Notes: generated by a model from the letters alone, not told the origin. A DNA stretch of 64,000 bases from an uncultured Planctomycetota bacterium (GCA_963823665.1 CAWGMQ010000006.1:800001-864000); one strand, 5' to 3'; positions 1 to 12,039 are shown, counted from the first letter of the stretch. Program-made: numbers and translations.

Positions 1-388
1 TCGTTCGGGTTGCGCCGGAATCGAGCAGGAGTTTGCAAACCTGGAGGTAGACCCGTTTGGGATGAAGTGCGGCGACGGCGGTGGCGAGAGGAGTCATGCT
101 GTGTGGTCCGCCGAGCGCATTGACTTCGGCACCGCGATCAATCAGGTACTTGATCGCCTTTGTCTGTCCGGCCGACGCGGCGAGCATGAGGCTCGTGCAG
201 TCGAATTCGTTGCGTACGTCGACGTCGAGGCCGCTGCTCTCGAACAGCTTCTCGAGGAGATCGACTCGACCCCAGCGCGCGGCTTCCCCGAGGGCCGTGG
301 GGATCCGGCCGGCGGATACGAACGCTTCGACCAGGGTTTGGACCATGTCGTGCTGGGAGTCTTGCGGTTTGGAGGCTGACGTCGACAT
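1..388 (-). CDS. Ankyrin-repeat protein (3' end runs off the window)
   Basis: Manual translation from ATG at 388: MSTSASKPQ...TALGEAARWGRVDLLEKL...DVRNEFDCTSLMLAASAGQTKAIKYLIDRGAEVNA...MTPLATAV. Ankyrin-type motifs; not in the ORF track because there is no stop in the window. Confidence 0.85.
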   Translation of the reverse strand, partial: MSTSASKPQDSQHDMVQTLVEAFVSAGRIPTALGEAARWGRVDLLEKLFESSGLDVDVRNEFDCTSLMLAASAGQTKAIKYLIDRGAEVNALGGPHSMTPLATAVAALHPKRVYLQVCKLLLDSGATRT

Positions 389-781
389 TGGAAATCGCCG
401 GACGGAGCCGGCTCCTACGGACCCGGGAGTGTCGCGTCGTTTGTAGTCGAACGGTGAACTGTTTGGTTATTTGGCGCGTTGGCTCGCCGCGATTTCATGC
501 GCCTGCGCGGCTCGGAATGAGCCTCGCCCGCACAGGATTGCGATGCTTTATTCACCTTCCCAGAACTCAGTGTTTGCGGCAAGGTGAACGCCCGGATGCG
601 GGCTTCTTCACCGCAGTGTCGGCGCGGGTCGCGAAGGCGCGCTTTCGCGGAGCGAACGACGACTCTGCGGTGCGGCTGGTCCGGCGCCTCCGCTACCAAA
701 ATCCGGGGATGAATCTGTAACACGATTGTCGTCGACGGACGGGAGTTCGTGGCTGGCTCTCGCCTGTGTGGTCGGTGGGGA

Positions 782-2660
782 TCAATTCTCGGATGAATCG
801 TAGTGAAGATTATAGAGTTCGGCGATGTGGCCGTCGCTCACCACCTTGACACCGCCGCTGAACGTTGCGTGCACGCGATAGGTGACCGGAGCGTGCTGGC
901 GGCGAGGGAGTTCATCGACGATGATGCGGAGGCCTTGGGCCTCGAAATACCCATCTGCGTTTTTGCCGCCGTCGGGTTTGACCGTGCTCCGCGTGCCTTC
1001 GGTGGCGAGCCGTGCAAGCCTTACATCGCCTGTGAATTCAATAAAGCTCCGGGCAAGCTCGGCCTCATTCTCGAAACTCCAAGTCGTCTTCATGCCAGTG
1101 TTAAACGAAATCTCGGACTGCTCGAACGGTGGAATCCCGCCGTTGCCCGAATCTGACGCTTTTGGGAAGGGCACGTTCAGTTGAAACTGGCCCTTGCCAG
1201 AAACTCGATAATCGCCCGTCTTGCAATCGTACGACAGCGTCTCATCGGCAAACAGTCGTTGTCGATTTCCCATTGCTTTTGAATCAGGATCAACCACGTG
1301 CGCGACGACAACGACTTTTCGAGAGGCATCGATCCCGGCGATTTTTGTCCGCGGACGCCGAGCGATGGTGTCACTCGCCGGCGCTTTCATCGCGAGCTGA
1401 ATTCGCTCGAGCGGCACCGGATCCGTGGTGCGCACGATCATCGACTCTTCACAGGAAATCGAATCGTCGCCACACTGCGCGGTGACCTTGCCCTGAAGGC
1501 GGGCCTCGCAAACAGGCTGGCCGCCGGCGCCGATGGTTCGAGCGAGGAGCTGCATTCTCTGTGTCCACGAGATCTTCAATAACACGGACTCCTGCGCGCG
1601 ACCCCTTGGGCGAATCCTCGAGCTTGCCCGACAAGAACTCGCGCTCGACCCAGAGAGACATCGTGCCCGGTCCATCGACCAGCACTTGATTATCCTTCGC
1701 TTTCGTCTGAATCGAGTCGGCCACGATCAAGATTTCGTGAGATGGCTCGCGGATTGGATCGGCAAGGAATGTCTTTGCGGGTACTTCGGACGTGGGCTGG
1801 ACCTGGGCTTGCAGGCCGGCAAACGTGACGCCGGCGATGGCCACAAGGGTCGCCGCCATGAATCGCATGAAACGGGTCATAGACAGCATCGTGAGGGCTC
1901 CTTCCGCCATTCTCAGGACAGACGGGGTGAGTACCGTCGTTACAGACACGCGGTTTGAGAACGCAATTGCGGCGCGAGTCGTGGCGTCGAGCAGCGGCAG
2001 CGGGATGGCGTGCCCAGTTGAGCAAGATTCGGAGCTTCGGCCCGTCAGGGAGCTCGCATCGAAATCGGCCGAAAGACGCTGCCGCAACAGATCGCGTGCT
2101 TTGACCAGACGGCCGCGGACGGTGGCTTCGGGTATTCCGAGCGTCGCGGCGGCTGACTTGTAGCTCATTCGCTCGAAGTAACAGAGGACGATTGGCGCCC
2201 GAAGCTGCTCAGGTAGCCGGTCGACCGCCTCGCGCAACGGCTCGTTGATCTCGAAACGCGTCGTGGCCGGGTCGAAGATGACCGGCACCGCCGATCGCCG
2301 TTCGTGGAACCGCCGGCGGATCGCGGCGGTCCTGGCCTTCATGGCGATGCGGCGGGCGACGCCCAGGAGCCAGGGACCGACGGAGTCTCGCGGGTGCAGT
2401 GATCCGGCTCGGCGAGCGAGGACCAGGAATGTTGCCTGGAAAGCGTCGTCAGCCTCGCCGCGATCGCCGAGCAACCCCCGACAGATGCGCAGAACCGATG
2501 GGCCGTGGCGCAGGATCAGGGTTTCGAACGCGAGATCAGCGTCGCTTCGGTGAAGGCAGAAATGCTCGAGGATCTGGGCATCGGTAAGGTGGCCGAGTGC
2601 CCCGCGAGCCAGAAGGCCCTGGACCTGACCGATCACTTGCCGGGATTTCATGCCGACCAT
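782..2660 (-). CDS. ECF sigma-70 factor with TM segment and long C-terminal extension; frameshift near 1600
   Basis: ORF 1449..2660 has AFETLILRHGPSVLRICR, DDAFQATFLVLARRA, region-4 LPEQLRAPIVLCYFE...TVRGRL, then a hydrophobic segment. Protein-like sequence continues in ORF 782..1675 (ESVLLKISWTQRMQL...). Confidence 0.85.
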
Positions 2661-2939
2661 GGCTGTGGCCCTCGTGGATCCATCCGCGCTTCCGTTCTGC
2701 TATCTATTGCCCGGCGACCAGTTGATCGTCAGCGCTTTTCCTGAGGATCTTAGAGAATCGGCGTCAGAATGGCCAGCATGGCGCGTTTTGTGATGCCACA
2801 TGTGTGATTGCGGGGTTGGCATTGGGACCGTAGGCTATATCTCGCGTGAGCGATCGACGATCGCAAGAGCCGGGAGTGAACGCACGTATTCGGCATCGCG
2901 TTGTCGAGATCAGCGATCTGTGGGAAGGAGTTCGACCAT

Positions 2940-5900
2940 ATGAGGGCGCCGACGGTACCGGTTCGGTCTTTGAATCGCTCTCTGCCGAAGCCGATCGGAG
3001 AGATGCTGGGCGGGCTCGACCGGCGGGTGCTGGTGGCGTCGCTGCGCGCGGGCTCGGGACGACAGCCCTGGTCGCCTCCATTGCGGCGGCGCTGGGGATG
3101 GCCGCGGATTTCCTGTGGGTGCTACCTCCGGCACTACGCTGGGCAAACTTCAGCGCGTTGATTACGGCGGTGGTGATCGCATTTAGCGTGACGGTCGTCC
3201 TGGCGATTCTGCGGCGCCCCGGTGCGTTCGACCTGGCCGCCGTTGCCGAACGGGCGCATCCCGGCGTTGGGGAGCTTTTGACGGGCGCCGTCGATTTGCT
3301 CGGGGGCAAGGCGCCGTCGCACGGATCACCGAAGCTGATTGCAGCGGTCGCCGATCGGGCGGCCGAGCGCGTCGAAGCGGTCGAGCCGTCGCGCGTGATT
3401 CCCTGGCGAAAGGCGGGCCGCCGGCTGGCGATCGGGCTCGGCGCGCTCTGGGTGCTAGCGGCCCCGATTTTCGTGTGGCCGGAGACGTACGGACGGCTCG
3501 CGCGGCATTTTCTGATGCCCTGGGGCGATGTCGAGCGGCCGGGCCGGCACGTGCTTGAGGTGTCGCCGGGCGATTGTGCCCTGCCGGTGGGGGCAGATCT
3601 TACGGTCTCGGCGTCGGTTCGCTCGCGGCTCGCCGTCGATCCGTCGCCAGGCGAAGCCTGGCTTCTTTGGTCTGCCGTGGGCGAGCGCACGAGCCACCGC
3701 GTGGCGATGCCCGCGGCGGCCGAACGGGAATCGCCGGCGGGCTCGACTTCCCATCGAGAAGGGCGTCATTTCGAGATCGCGATTCCACGATTGGCCCGTT
3801 CGATTACTTATCATGTCGAAAGCGGATCGGTGAAGAGCCCGCGCTACACGGTGAGCGTGGTCGAGCCGCCTGCTATCGCGGAGATCCAGGCGCGGGTCGA
3901 GCCGCCGGCCTACACCAAGCGGCCCGCGGCGCGAGCGGCCGACCCGACCCGGATCGAGGCGTTCGAGGGGAGCCGGGTGACGTTCGAGATCAAAGCGAGC
4001 CGGGCGGTGCGATCGATCGAGGTCGAGTGGCCGGTCGGAACAGGCGAGGGTGAATCGGCGAAGGCCGAGAAGATGGCGGCGGACGTCGAGAGCGACGAGC
4101 GCAACGGGTCGCTTGCGGTCGAGGCGACTCGCTCGGGTCCTTACGCGGTGTCGCTGTGCGATGAGCTGGGAATCAAGAGTCGTGCCGATCTGCCGCGGCG
4201 CGTGATCGTGCGCGCCGATGCGCCGCCGGTCGTCGCGGTGCGCGGGCCGGAAGATGCGAGCGAAGCGAGCCCGAAGGATACGCTCGGCCTGGCGATCGCC
4301 GCGCGGGATGACGTTGCGGTCGCCTCGGTGGAGCTGCATTACACGATCGAGAAAAGGGATTCGGCGTCGGGCGAAGGCGAGACCGGGCACATCGAAGTGG
4401 CGCTGCCGGGCCTGGGCTCGCGATCGGCGCGGGGGAGCGCGGCACTTGCCCTGGGACCGCTGGCCGTGAAGCCGGGGGATTCGGTGTCGTATCGCGTGAG
4501 GGTGGCGGACAACCGCCCTGCCCCGCGGGGGCCGAATGTCGTCTGGTCGCCCGTGCAAACGCTCTCGATCGTAGCCTCGGCCGAGCCGCTGCGCGTGCGA
4601 GCGAGCCGGGCCAGGGCAGCGGGATTGCACACCAGGCTTGAATCGCTGAAGAAAGATGTGGCGGCCGACCGTCAGCAGACGGAATTGCTTCGACAGGAGG
4701 CCGATGCCGTGCGGCGTGGGGATGACGAGTGGGACGACGAGCACCGGGCAGCTCTGGCGGAACGAGAGGCGGCCACGCGCACGATTGAAGATCAGGTCAA
4801 GCTGCTCTCGCGCGACCTCGATCAGGGCGCCGGGATGCGCGAGCTTTCACGCGAGGCGCATCAGGTTGCCGCCGTGGAAGCGGAGGCAGCACGCGCGGGA
4901 ATCGAGCAAGCCGGCCGCGAGGCTGACGCGGCCGCGCGGCATGCGAGCCTCGAGCAGGCCGTGGGGCGGCTGGCGGCACTGGGCGAGCGTCTTGAGGAGT
5001 TGACACGCAAGGCCGATGCGAAGGCGCGAGAAGCGGCCGAGATGAACCGCCTGGACGAGCTGGCCAAGCGCGAGGAGGATCTGGCCGCCGCGGCGCAAGA
5101 GACGAACGGCGACCGTGCCTCGAGGGACCGCGTCGAAGCCGAGCAACAGGCGGTACGAAACGAGCTGGACGCACTGCTGCGCACGACGCCCGCCTTGCGG
5201 GGCCTGGTCCTGGGCGGAGAGCTCCGCAAGGCCGAGCGACTGGCGGGCCGGGTGCGCGAACTGGCCGAGCAAGAACGCGAGGAAGCACGACGGACCGCCG
5301 AGCCTTCGAAGCAAGCGGCCCGGCTCAAGGAGCTGGCGGAGCTGCAGCGAGAGCTGGAAAACGATGCGCGCAAGCTGGGTGTCTCCGTGGCCCATGCACT
5401 GACGGAAAACGGACGCGGCCGGTTCAGCACGGAGAGAATCCAGCAGCCGATCGAGCCGATCGAGCGCGGAGAGATGGACGCGGGCCGCGAGCGACTGGAG
5501 CTCGCCGAGCTCGATCTGCGCCGATTCGCTCGAGAGATCGCGGACGTGCCCGACGATCCCAAGGCGCTGGCTATCCGGCTCTTCCGCCGCCAGGATGTGC
5601 TCAACCGCGACATCGACCGGGCGCTGCAATCGGTGGCGGGAAGGCAGTTGACCGATGAAGACAAAAGAGCGCTCGCCGCGCGGCTGAAGCCTCTCGAGGC
5701 GCGCCAGCGTGCGATCGCCGAGCTGGCAAGGACGATCAAGCCTCCGGACGGCAAGGAGGGCCAGGCGCATTTTCCGCACGATGCGGCGCGCGATGCGGCC
5801 GCGAAGACGGTGCGCGCGGCCGAGACTCTCCCGTCCCAGAAAACGCAGGAAATCACCGACCGCAAGAATGACGCCCGCCAGGCGCTCGAGCGGCTGGCGA

Positions 5901-7663
5901 ACGAGATGCAGGATTCGTGGCGGCGGCAGGAGCCGACGCGCCAGCGATTCGCGGACGCGCGCAGGCAGTCGAATGAAGTTGCCGAGGAGATCGCGCGGAA
6001 TATGCGCGAGACCGACCCACGCCCGGACCGGCCGGCGACGACCGCAGGCGCGGCGGCGGAGCTTGCCGCACGCCTGAACGGCACGGCCGATAAGCAAGCG
6101 CAGGCGGTCGCTGCGCTCGAAGCCATGGAGCCCGAGCCGCGCGCGGTGCCGCAGCAGCAGCGGGCGCTGCGACGCGCGCAGAAGCTCGCGGCAGTTTTGC
6201 GCGATCTTCGTGACGCAGGCAAGCGCGAGCAGGCGCGCGCATTGCTTCGAGCCACGGAGCTCGAAGCGCACGTCGCGATGGACCGGCTGGAGCTGAAGCT
6301 CAGCGGGCAAACGCCCGCGGACGACCTCGCACAGGAACTGGCCGACGACGCGCGGGCGACGAAGGATTCCCTTGCCGCCGCAAAAGTCGCGCCCGATAAA
6401 GCGGCACGGGCCCGCGCGGCCGAAGCTGAGCGCTCGCTGGCCGCTGCCATCCGGAACGTGGCGGCTCCGGACGCGGCAGCCGCGAAGGAGGAGGCGGTGC
6501 GTCTGGCAGAGCGAGCAGCAAACGTGCTCGAAGGAGGGGATGGGAACGCGGACGCCCCCGCGGGCGCGGCCACTGCGATGCAAGAGTCGGCCGCTGCCGC
6601 ACAGGCACTGGCCGATCAGTTGGCCGACAGGCCGCAGGCGTTAGCGAAGGCATCCTCGTCGCCTGCCGGAGTCGAGAAGGCCAAAGCGCCAGTTGCGCCG
6701 AAGCCGTCGCGCATCCCTGACCCGGAGCTTGCGATCAAGCCGGAGCACGCCGATCGCGCCGGAGAGCTCGCGCGCCGGCAGCGTCGGATCAAGGAGCGTT
6801 TCCAGGCAATCCTGGGCGAGCGAGCGGGACCGCAACAGACGATTCGAAAGGAAGCCGTTGCGCTGGGCCAGGAGCTCAAGGAATTGCATGAGCGCGTGCA
6901 GAACTTGAGCGGCCGGGCGGCGTATCTGGCGCAGGAGGCCGCCAACCACGTGGGCGTCCATACGCCATCGGCCGTGGATCAGGCGGTCAACAACCTGGCC
7001 GGAGGGCGGGCGCACGCGGCCCGTGATGACGAGCGGCGGGCCGCGGCCGTGCTGGGTCGAGGCGCGGAGCTGGCCGAGGACGCGGTGGCTGCGCTGCGAT
7101 CGGAAATGGTTGATGGCCAGGGTGCGATTGCTCCGGATGGCGCCCGCGAGCAGGGGCAGGCAGCGGAGGCGCTTGGCGACGCTCGCGACCAGATGCACAA
7201 GGCTGCGCAGGAGCTGGAGGAAGCGCGGCGCGACCCGGCGCGAACGGGCGAGGCGGGAGCAGAAGCCCGCCAGGCGATGCACAGGGCCGCACGCGATCTG
7301 CTGGCGGCCGCCGAGCTGACGGCCGCGGCCCCGGCACCGGAACCCGCCGGAATAGACGACGGCGGCGGCGAGCACGCGGCCGAGGGGGATGAGGAGGCCG
7401 GTCTTCCGGCTTCGCCGGCCGCGGGGACCACACCTGATCCCAGGAGCGCACCCGGCGCCAAGGGTGAAGCCAACCTGACGGAGCTCAAGACGCTCATCAG
7501 GCAGAAGACCGGCCGCGCGTGGGGCGAGCTGCCCGGCCACCTGCGCAACGAGATCCTGCAAATGCAGGCCGGGCGGTATCGCGACGATTATGCGCGGATC
7601 ATTCAGCTCTACTTCCGGGAGATAGCGGCCGAGGCGGGCGCGCGCGAGAATGTGAAACCATGA
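2940..7663 (+). CDS. Giant membrane-anchored coiled-coil protein (DUF4175-like); probable frameshift near 3044
   Basis: N-terminal TM helices, a beta-rich region (DAPPVV, ARDDVAV...YRVRVADNRP), about 1000 aa of Ala/Glu/Arg helices and C-terminal WGELPGHLRNEILQ...YARIIQLYFREIA. AAGGAG RBS before ATG 2940; the track ORF starts at GTG 2846. Confidence 0.75.
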
Positions 7664-8748
7664 TGTTTGAAAGGCGCGTTCATTTGAGAAGATTGCTGGT
7701 GTTCGCCGTGGTCTTCTCGCTCGAGGTACATGGGCTGGCTCCCCTGCGCGGAGATGACGGCGTGAAGACGGCGTCCGCGCGGCGAGATCCGCGCCAAGCG
7801 GATGCGGCGATCAAGAAGGCGCTCGAGTACTTGAAGACGCACCAGCAAGCCGACGGGGCCTGGGTCTCGGGGAGTTTTGGGCCGATGGCGTCGGTGACCT
7901 CGCTGGCGGTCATGGCGTTTCTTGCCGCGGGGCATGTGCCTGGGGAGCCGGGGCCCTATCGCGAGTCGATCGAGAAGGGCATCCGGTATGTTCTGGCGCA
8001 CCAGCACCCGAACGGGCTGTTGCTCGCACAGACGAGCCATGGGCCGATGTACTGCCATGGCATCAGCACGCTCATGCTTGCCGAAGTCGCGGGGATGACG
8101 CCGGACCCGGAGCTGTCGCGCCGCGTCCAGACGGCGCTCGGGCGCGCGGTGAAGCTGATCCTGGTCGCGCAGAACATTCCCAAGGCGCCCGATCAGGCCG
8201 GCGGCTGGCGCTATCAGTGGAACTCGGGCGACAGCGACATCAGCGTGACCGGCTGGCAGCTAATGGCGCTCCGGGCCGCGAAGTCGGCGGGGTGTGAGGT
8301 GCCCTCGTCCAGCATCGACAAAGCGATTGCGTACTTGAAACGATGCGCGTTCAAGCATGGCGGAGGGTTCGGCTATCAACCGGGCGGTGGCCCGAACAAT
8401 GCCCGCACCGGCACGGGAATCCTGGCACTTGAGATCTGCGGAGAGCACCTGACCGCTGAAGCCTCGGCCGGCGCGGAGTATTTGCTCAAGCATCCGCCGC
8501 AGTGGTCGGGGCAGTACTTCTTCTATGAGGTTTATTACTGTCCGATCGCGATGTTTCAGATGGGAGACAAGTATTACCTTCCTTATCAATCGAACCTCAC
8601 CGCGCTCTTGCTCGAGCACCAGCAGGCGGATGGGAGCTGGCTCTCGGATGACGGCAATGACCGGATCGGCGGCCGGAATTACTGCACGGCGATGGCGGTG
8701 CTGGCGCTCACGGTTGAGTATCGGTATTTGCCGATTTATCAGAGATAA
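7660..8748 (+). CDS. Prenyltransferase/squalene-oxidase repeat protein, exported
   Basis: QW-type repeats (QQADGAW, QAGGWRY, QQADGSW), SDISVTGWQLMALRAAK and a signal-like N-terminus. ATGA overlap with the upstream stop. Confidence 0.85.
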   Translation: MMFERRVHLRRLLVFAVVFSLEVHGLAPLRGDDGVKTASARRDPRQADAAIKKALEYLKTHQQADGAWVSGSFGPMASVTSLAVMAFLAAGHVPGEPGPYRESIEKGIRYVLAHQHPNGLLLAQTSHGPMYCHGISTLMLAEVAGMTPDPELSRRVQTALGRAVKLILVAQNIPKAPDQAGGWRYQWNSGDSDISVTGWQLMALRAAKSAGCEVPSSSIDKAIAYLKRCAFKHGGGFGYQPGGGPNNARTGTGILALEICGEHLTAEASAGAEYLLKHPPQWSGQYFFYEVYYCPIAMFQMGDKYYLPYQSNLTALLLEHQQADGSWLSDDGNDRIGGRNYCTAMAVLALTVEYRYLPIYQR

Positions 8749-8756
8749 TTATTGGA

Positions 8757-8786
8757 TGTCAGTTGGCATCTGTCACTTGTCAGTTG
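8757..8786 (+). repeat. Short heptamer tandem repeat (about 4 units)
   Basis: tgtcagt-tggcatc-tgtcact-tgtcagt-tg immediately after the stop of the prenyltransferase-repeat gene. Confidence 0.5.
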
Positions 8787-8891
8787 CTAATTCGATCCTG
8801 CGAGCTTGATCCTATCTATGCGGCTGCTGCGAAGGGATAATCGAGCAGTAACTTCCGGATGCGATGCGGCCAGTATTGGGAGGATGACGTC

Positions 8892-10904
8892 ATGGCGCGA
8901 TTCTGCACTGTCACCGACTGCGGTCGTGTGGTCGTCGGAACTGGTCGGGCCAGGCTTCGGGTGGCTTGCAAGATCGGCTTGGGCGTGACAGCGGGCACGG
9001 TGATGGTGCTGGCTTGCGTGTGGCTGGTTCACGGGACGCCGGCGAGCGCAGGGCAAACGGGAGAAGTTGCGCGGGCGGCTGATGACGCGCAGTTGGTGCC
9101 GCCGGAGGTCGCCGGGTTTCTGGCCGGGGTCGAGCGACGGCACAGGGACAGCCTGGCGACCTTGACTCGACTCGCGCGTCCCCTGCTGGATCGCGTCAAG
9201 GAACCGTCGGCCATTCGGGATTCCCTGACAAAGCAGCAGGTCGTCGTTGCATCTGCCCGCTCGAATGCTGCTACTGCAACGCTAGTCCGGGAGATCGCCG
9301 AGATCGCGGTGAGAGAGTATGAGGAGGGAATATTCAAGCAAGACGAAGCGACCGCGCAGGGAGATGTCGTGCTCGCCGAGGGGGAGTTGGGGAGGGCCAC
9401 GGACCGGAACGAGTTTGCGAAGCAGCATGCCGGCGAATTTCGGGCCAAGGCCAAGGTTATCCTGGACGAAGCCGCCTTCAAGATGCTGGCGGATGTGATT
9501 GGCGCGGAGCTCGAGCAGAAGAGAGCGGCGCATGCCGTGGAACGCGTCCAGGCGAAGCTGAAGCGATTGAGGGAGTACGAGAAACCTCGCCGGATCAAGG
9601 AGCTGCGCCGCGATGTGGAGAAAGCGAGGTCAGCCGAGCTCGCGGGCAAGGGGGCACTCACGCTGGAGCAGGCGAAGGAGAACAGGATTCTGGCGCAGAC
9701 GAATCGACCGGGATTGAGCGAGAGGGAACGGCAACTGCTGGCGACGCTGGCGCAGTGCGGTCAGCTGGAATTGAAGCTCGCAGCGTATGTGAAAACGATG
9801 GCGAGCGGCCGCGATACCGGTGAGAAGACCCGGAAGACGATCGAGCTGGGAGCGCATGAGCTGGAGATCTTGGTCGCGCGAGCCGGAGACGCTGCCGGCG
9901 AGATCGAGGCAACGGAGCTGAAGAAGAGCGTCGATCGAGAGGCGAGTCGATTTCTTGCGGTTGAGCAACCCTCGGGCGCCGCGGGAACGCAGCCGGGCCC
10001 GGACAGGAAGGCTGTCCTTCCCGCGGAGATTGGTGCGTTCGTCACGCAAATCATGACGGACCTGAAGGCGATCCAGGCGAGAATGAAAGGCATTGCGGAA
10101 CCGATCTTTGCCAGTATCCAGGCGCAGGCGGCCAGGGTGGACGATCCGATCGCGCAGGCCAGCGTCATCCAGGTCGCGCGGGCCGATCTCGCGGTCGCAA
10201 CGCTCGACCGGGAAATCGCCGAAACGGCTCTGGCCGAGTATGAGCAGTTGGTCGCGAAAGACGAGGGAGCGGCCGCCCAAGGCGCGATCAAGCTGGCCGA
10301 GCTAGACCTGGCGCGTGCCAAGGAACTCAATCAACTGGCACAGGAACGTGCGCGTGACACGGATGAAGCGTGGAAGAAGACTCCCAAGAAGGCCGTTGAC
10401 GACCGGGAATTCCGCGAGCGTGCACTCGCGCTCTCGGCGAAGCTCGAAGAGACCAAGACCCGCTTGGCTCTCGAACAAGCTCGTTCGAAGCTGACGATCT
10501 GGACTGAATTCGAGCGCCCCAAGCGCGAGAAAGAGCTGAAGAGGGAATTCGAGCGGGCTCGCGCGGGCGAGAGCGTAAAGCAGGCAGTCTTACTGCAACA
10601 AGAGGCGAAACTCAAGAAGATGCAGGAACGCGGCACGAAACCCGAGCTGACCCCGCTCGAGCGGCGGCTGCTCGCTCAGCTCGAAGGAGCCGTTCGTCTG
10701 GACGATTCGATCCGAGGCGAGCTCAACGCGCTTTCGAGCCTCGGGAAACCGGACGGGGCCCGGCGGAGGGCGCTCGAGGATCGGGTCAATCAGCTGGACG
10801 TCCTGATTGGCGAGGCTGAAGAGGAAGCGAGCGAAGGGAGCCGCAAATCGCTCCTCAAGGAGCTTCTTCGGGCCGGCGCTCTTCACCCCGCCTCGAATGG
10901 ATGA
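8892..10904 (+). CDS. Exported coiled-coil protein with two copies of an adaptor-hairpin-like module
   Basis: GGGAGGA RBS, hydrophobic N-terminus. Internal duplication: VPPEVAGFLA...REIAEIAVREYEEGIFKQD and LPAEIGAFVT...REIAETALAEYEQ. Confidence 0.75.
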   Translation: MARFCTVTDCGRVVVGTGRARLRVACKIGLGVTAGTVMVLACVWLVHGTPASAGQTGEVARAADDAQLVPPEVAGFLAGVERRHRDSLATLTRLARPLLDRVKEPSAIRDSLTKQQVVVASARSNAATATLVREIAEIAVREYEEGIFKQDEATAQGDVVLAEGELGRATDRNEFAKQHAGEFRAKAKVILDEAAFKMLADVIGAELEQKRAAHAVERVQAKLKRLREYEKPRRIKELRRDVEKARSAELAGKGALTLEQAKENRILAQTNRPGLSERERQLLATLAQCGQLELKLAAYVKTMASGRDTGEKTRKTIELGAHELEILVARAGDAAGEIEATELKKSVDREASRFLAVEQPSGAAGTQPGPDRKAVLPAEIGAFVTQIMTDLKAIQARMKGIAEPIFASIQAQAARVDDPIAQASVIQVARADLAVATLDREIAETALAEYEQLVAKDEGAAAQGAIKLAELDLARAKELNQLAQERARDTDEAWKKTPKKAVDDREFRERALALSAKLEETKTRLALEQARSKLTIWTEFERPKREKELKREFERARAGESVKQAVLLQQEAKLKKMQERGTKPELTPLERRLLAQLEGAVRLDDSIRGELNALSSLGKPDGARRRALEDRVNQLDVLIGEAEEEASEGSRKSLLKELLRAGALHPASNG

Positions 10905-10950
10905 TCACGTCACTTCAAAACACGACGGTTTTATTCACAAGGACTCTCCC

Positions 10951-12039
10951 ATGATCTGGAATTGCAGGCCTCTGGCGCGGAAACGTCGCGGTCCTGGTCG
11001 GGCCGCGGGCGAGCGATTGGCTTCTGGGCTGGCGCGGCTTCCCTTGGCGGCGACTGTGGCGGTGGCGGTGCTCGTTGCGTGGGTGGGCCGTCCGGCGACG
11101 GCGCGTGCCCTCTCCCCGGCTTCCGATCAGCAGGCCGGCGCTGCCGAGAAGAATGCTGGGTCCGCCGAACGGGACCGGTTTATCGCGGAGGTCGGGCGGC
11201 GGCTCAAAGGGTGTCATGAGCGGATCGCGGCGCTCGGGGAATCGGTGATCGCCGAGATCGACAATCAATCGCGCGCATCGAAGGAAGCCATGAATCCGGA
11301 GATCGGCGTCCGTAGCGCTGATGCGCAGTACCAGCAAGCGAAGTTGGCGCGTGAAGTTGCGGAGATCGCCGTTCTCGAATATGAGCAAGGGATTTACCCA
11401 CAGGATGAGGCGACTGTCAAAGGAGAGATCAAACTCGCCGAGACGGAGTTGAAACGGGCGCTTGATCGGATTGACCTGGTGAAGGAACGGCTCACGAAGA
11501 TCAAGGGAGCGTCCAAGGGGTCTGCAGCGGATGTCGCGCTCGAGTATGCTTACGAAGACAGGATCACCGAAGGGGAGCTGGCACTTCGCCGCGCCAGATT
11601 TGCGCTCGAGGTTGCGGCGTCAAAGCTGAAGGTCTTGCAGGACTATACCAAGGACAAGACCACCAAGGAGCTGAAGTCGGCGGTCGAAAAAGCAGGCTCG
11701 GTCGAACTGGGGAAAAAGGCTGAATGGTCGCTTGCGGTGGCGAAGCTCAAGCGGATCGAAGCGGCAGGAAAAAAGCCAGGCGCCAAGGAATCCCCAGGCG
11801 AGCGCCTTTCCATACTCGACCGGGCGTTCTCGCTCGATGAGAAGATCAGGGCGGAGCTGGCGCTGCTCCAGAAGAACACGGAACTTGACGCGGCCCGTGG
11901 CAAGGCCGCGCGAGACCTGACGGGTCAGCTCGAGGGGCTGATCGCGAAAGCAGAAGCCGATCAGGCCGCCGCCCGGGTGGATCGGCTCAAGACGGCGATC
12001 CGCGAGGCGGCCGCTCGATATGGCCGTTCCAGGCCGTGA
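10951..12039 (+). CDS. Exported coiled-coil protein (one module; paralogue of its neighbours)
   Basis: AAGGA RBS, signal-like segment, CHERIAAL...REVAEIAVLEYEQGIYPQDEATVKGEIKLAE...SKLKVLQDYTKDKTTKELKSAVEKA. Confidence 0.75.
   Translation: MIWNCRPLARKRRGPGRAAGERLASGLARLPLAATVAVAVLVAWVGRPATARALSPASDQQAGAAEKNAGSAERDRFIAEVGRRLKGCHERIAALGESVIAEIDNQSRASKEAMNPEIGVRSADAQYQQAKLAREVAEIAVLEYEQGIYPQDEATVKGEIKLAETELKRALDRIDLVKERLTKIKGASKGSAADVALEYAYEDRITEGELALRRARFALEVAASKLKVLQDYTKDKTTKELKSAVEKAGSVELGKKAEWSLAVAKLKRIEAAGKKPGAKESPGERLSILDRAFSLDEKIRAELALLQKNTELDAARGKAARDLTGQLEGLIAKAEADQAAARVDRLKTAIREAAARYGRSRP

Noticed and set aside
509..530. REP-like hairpin ggctc-ggaat-gagcctcgccc
   Set aside because: Only a 5-bp stem and a single degenerate copy in the window; too weak to call.
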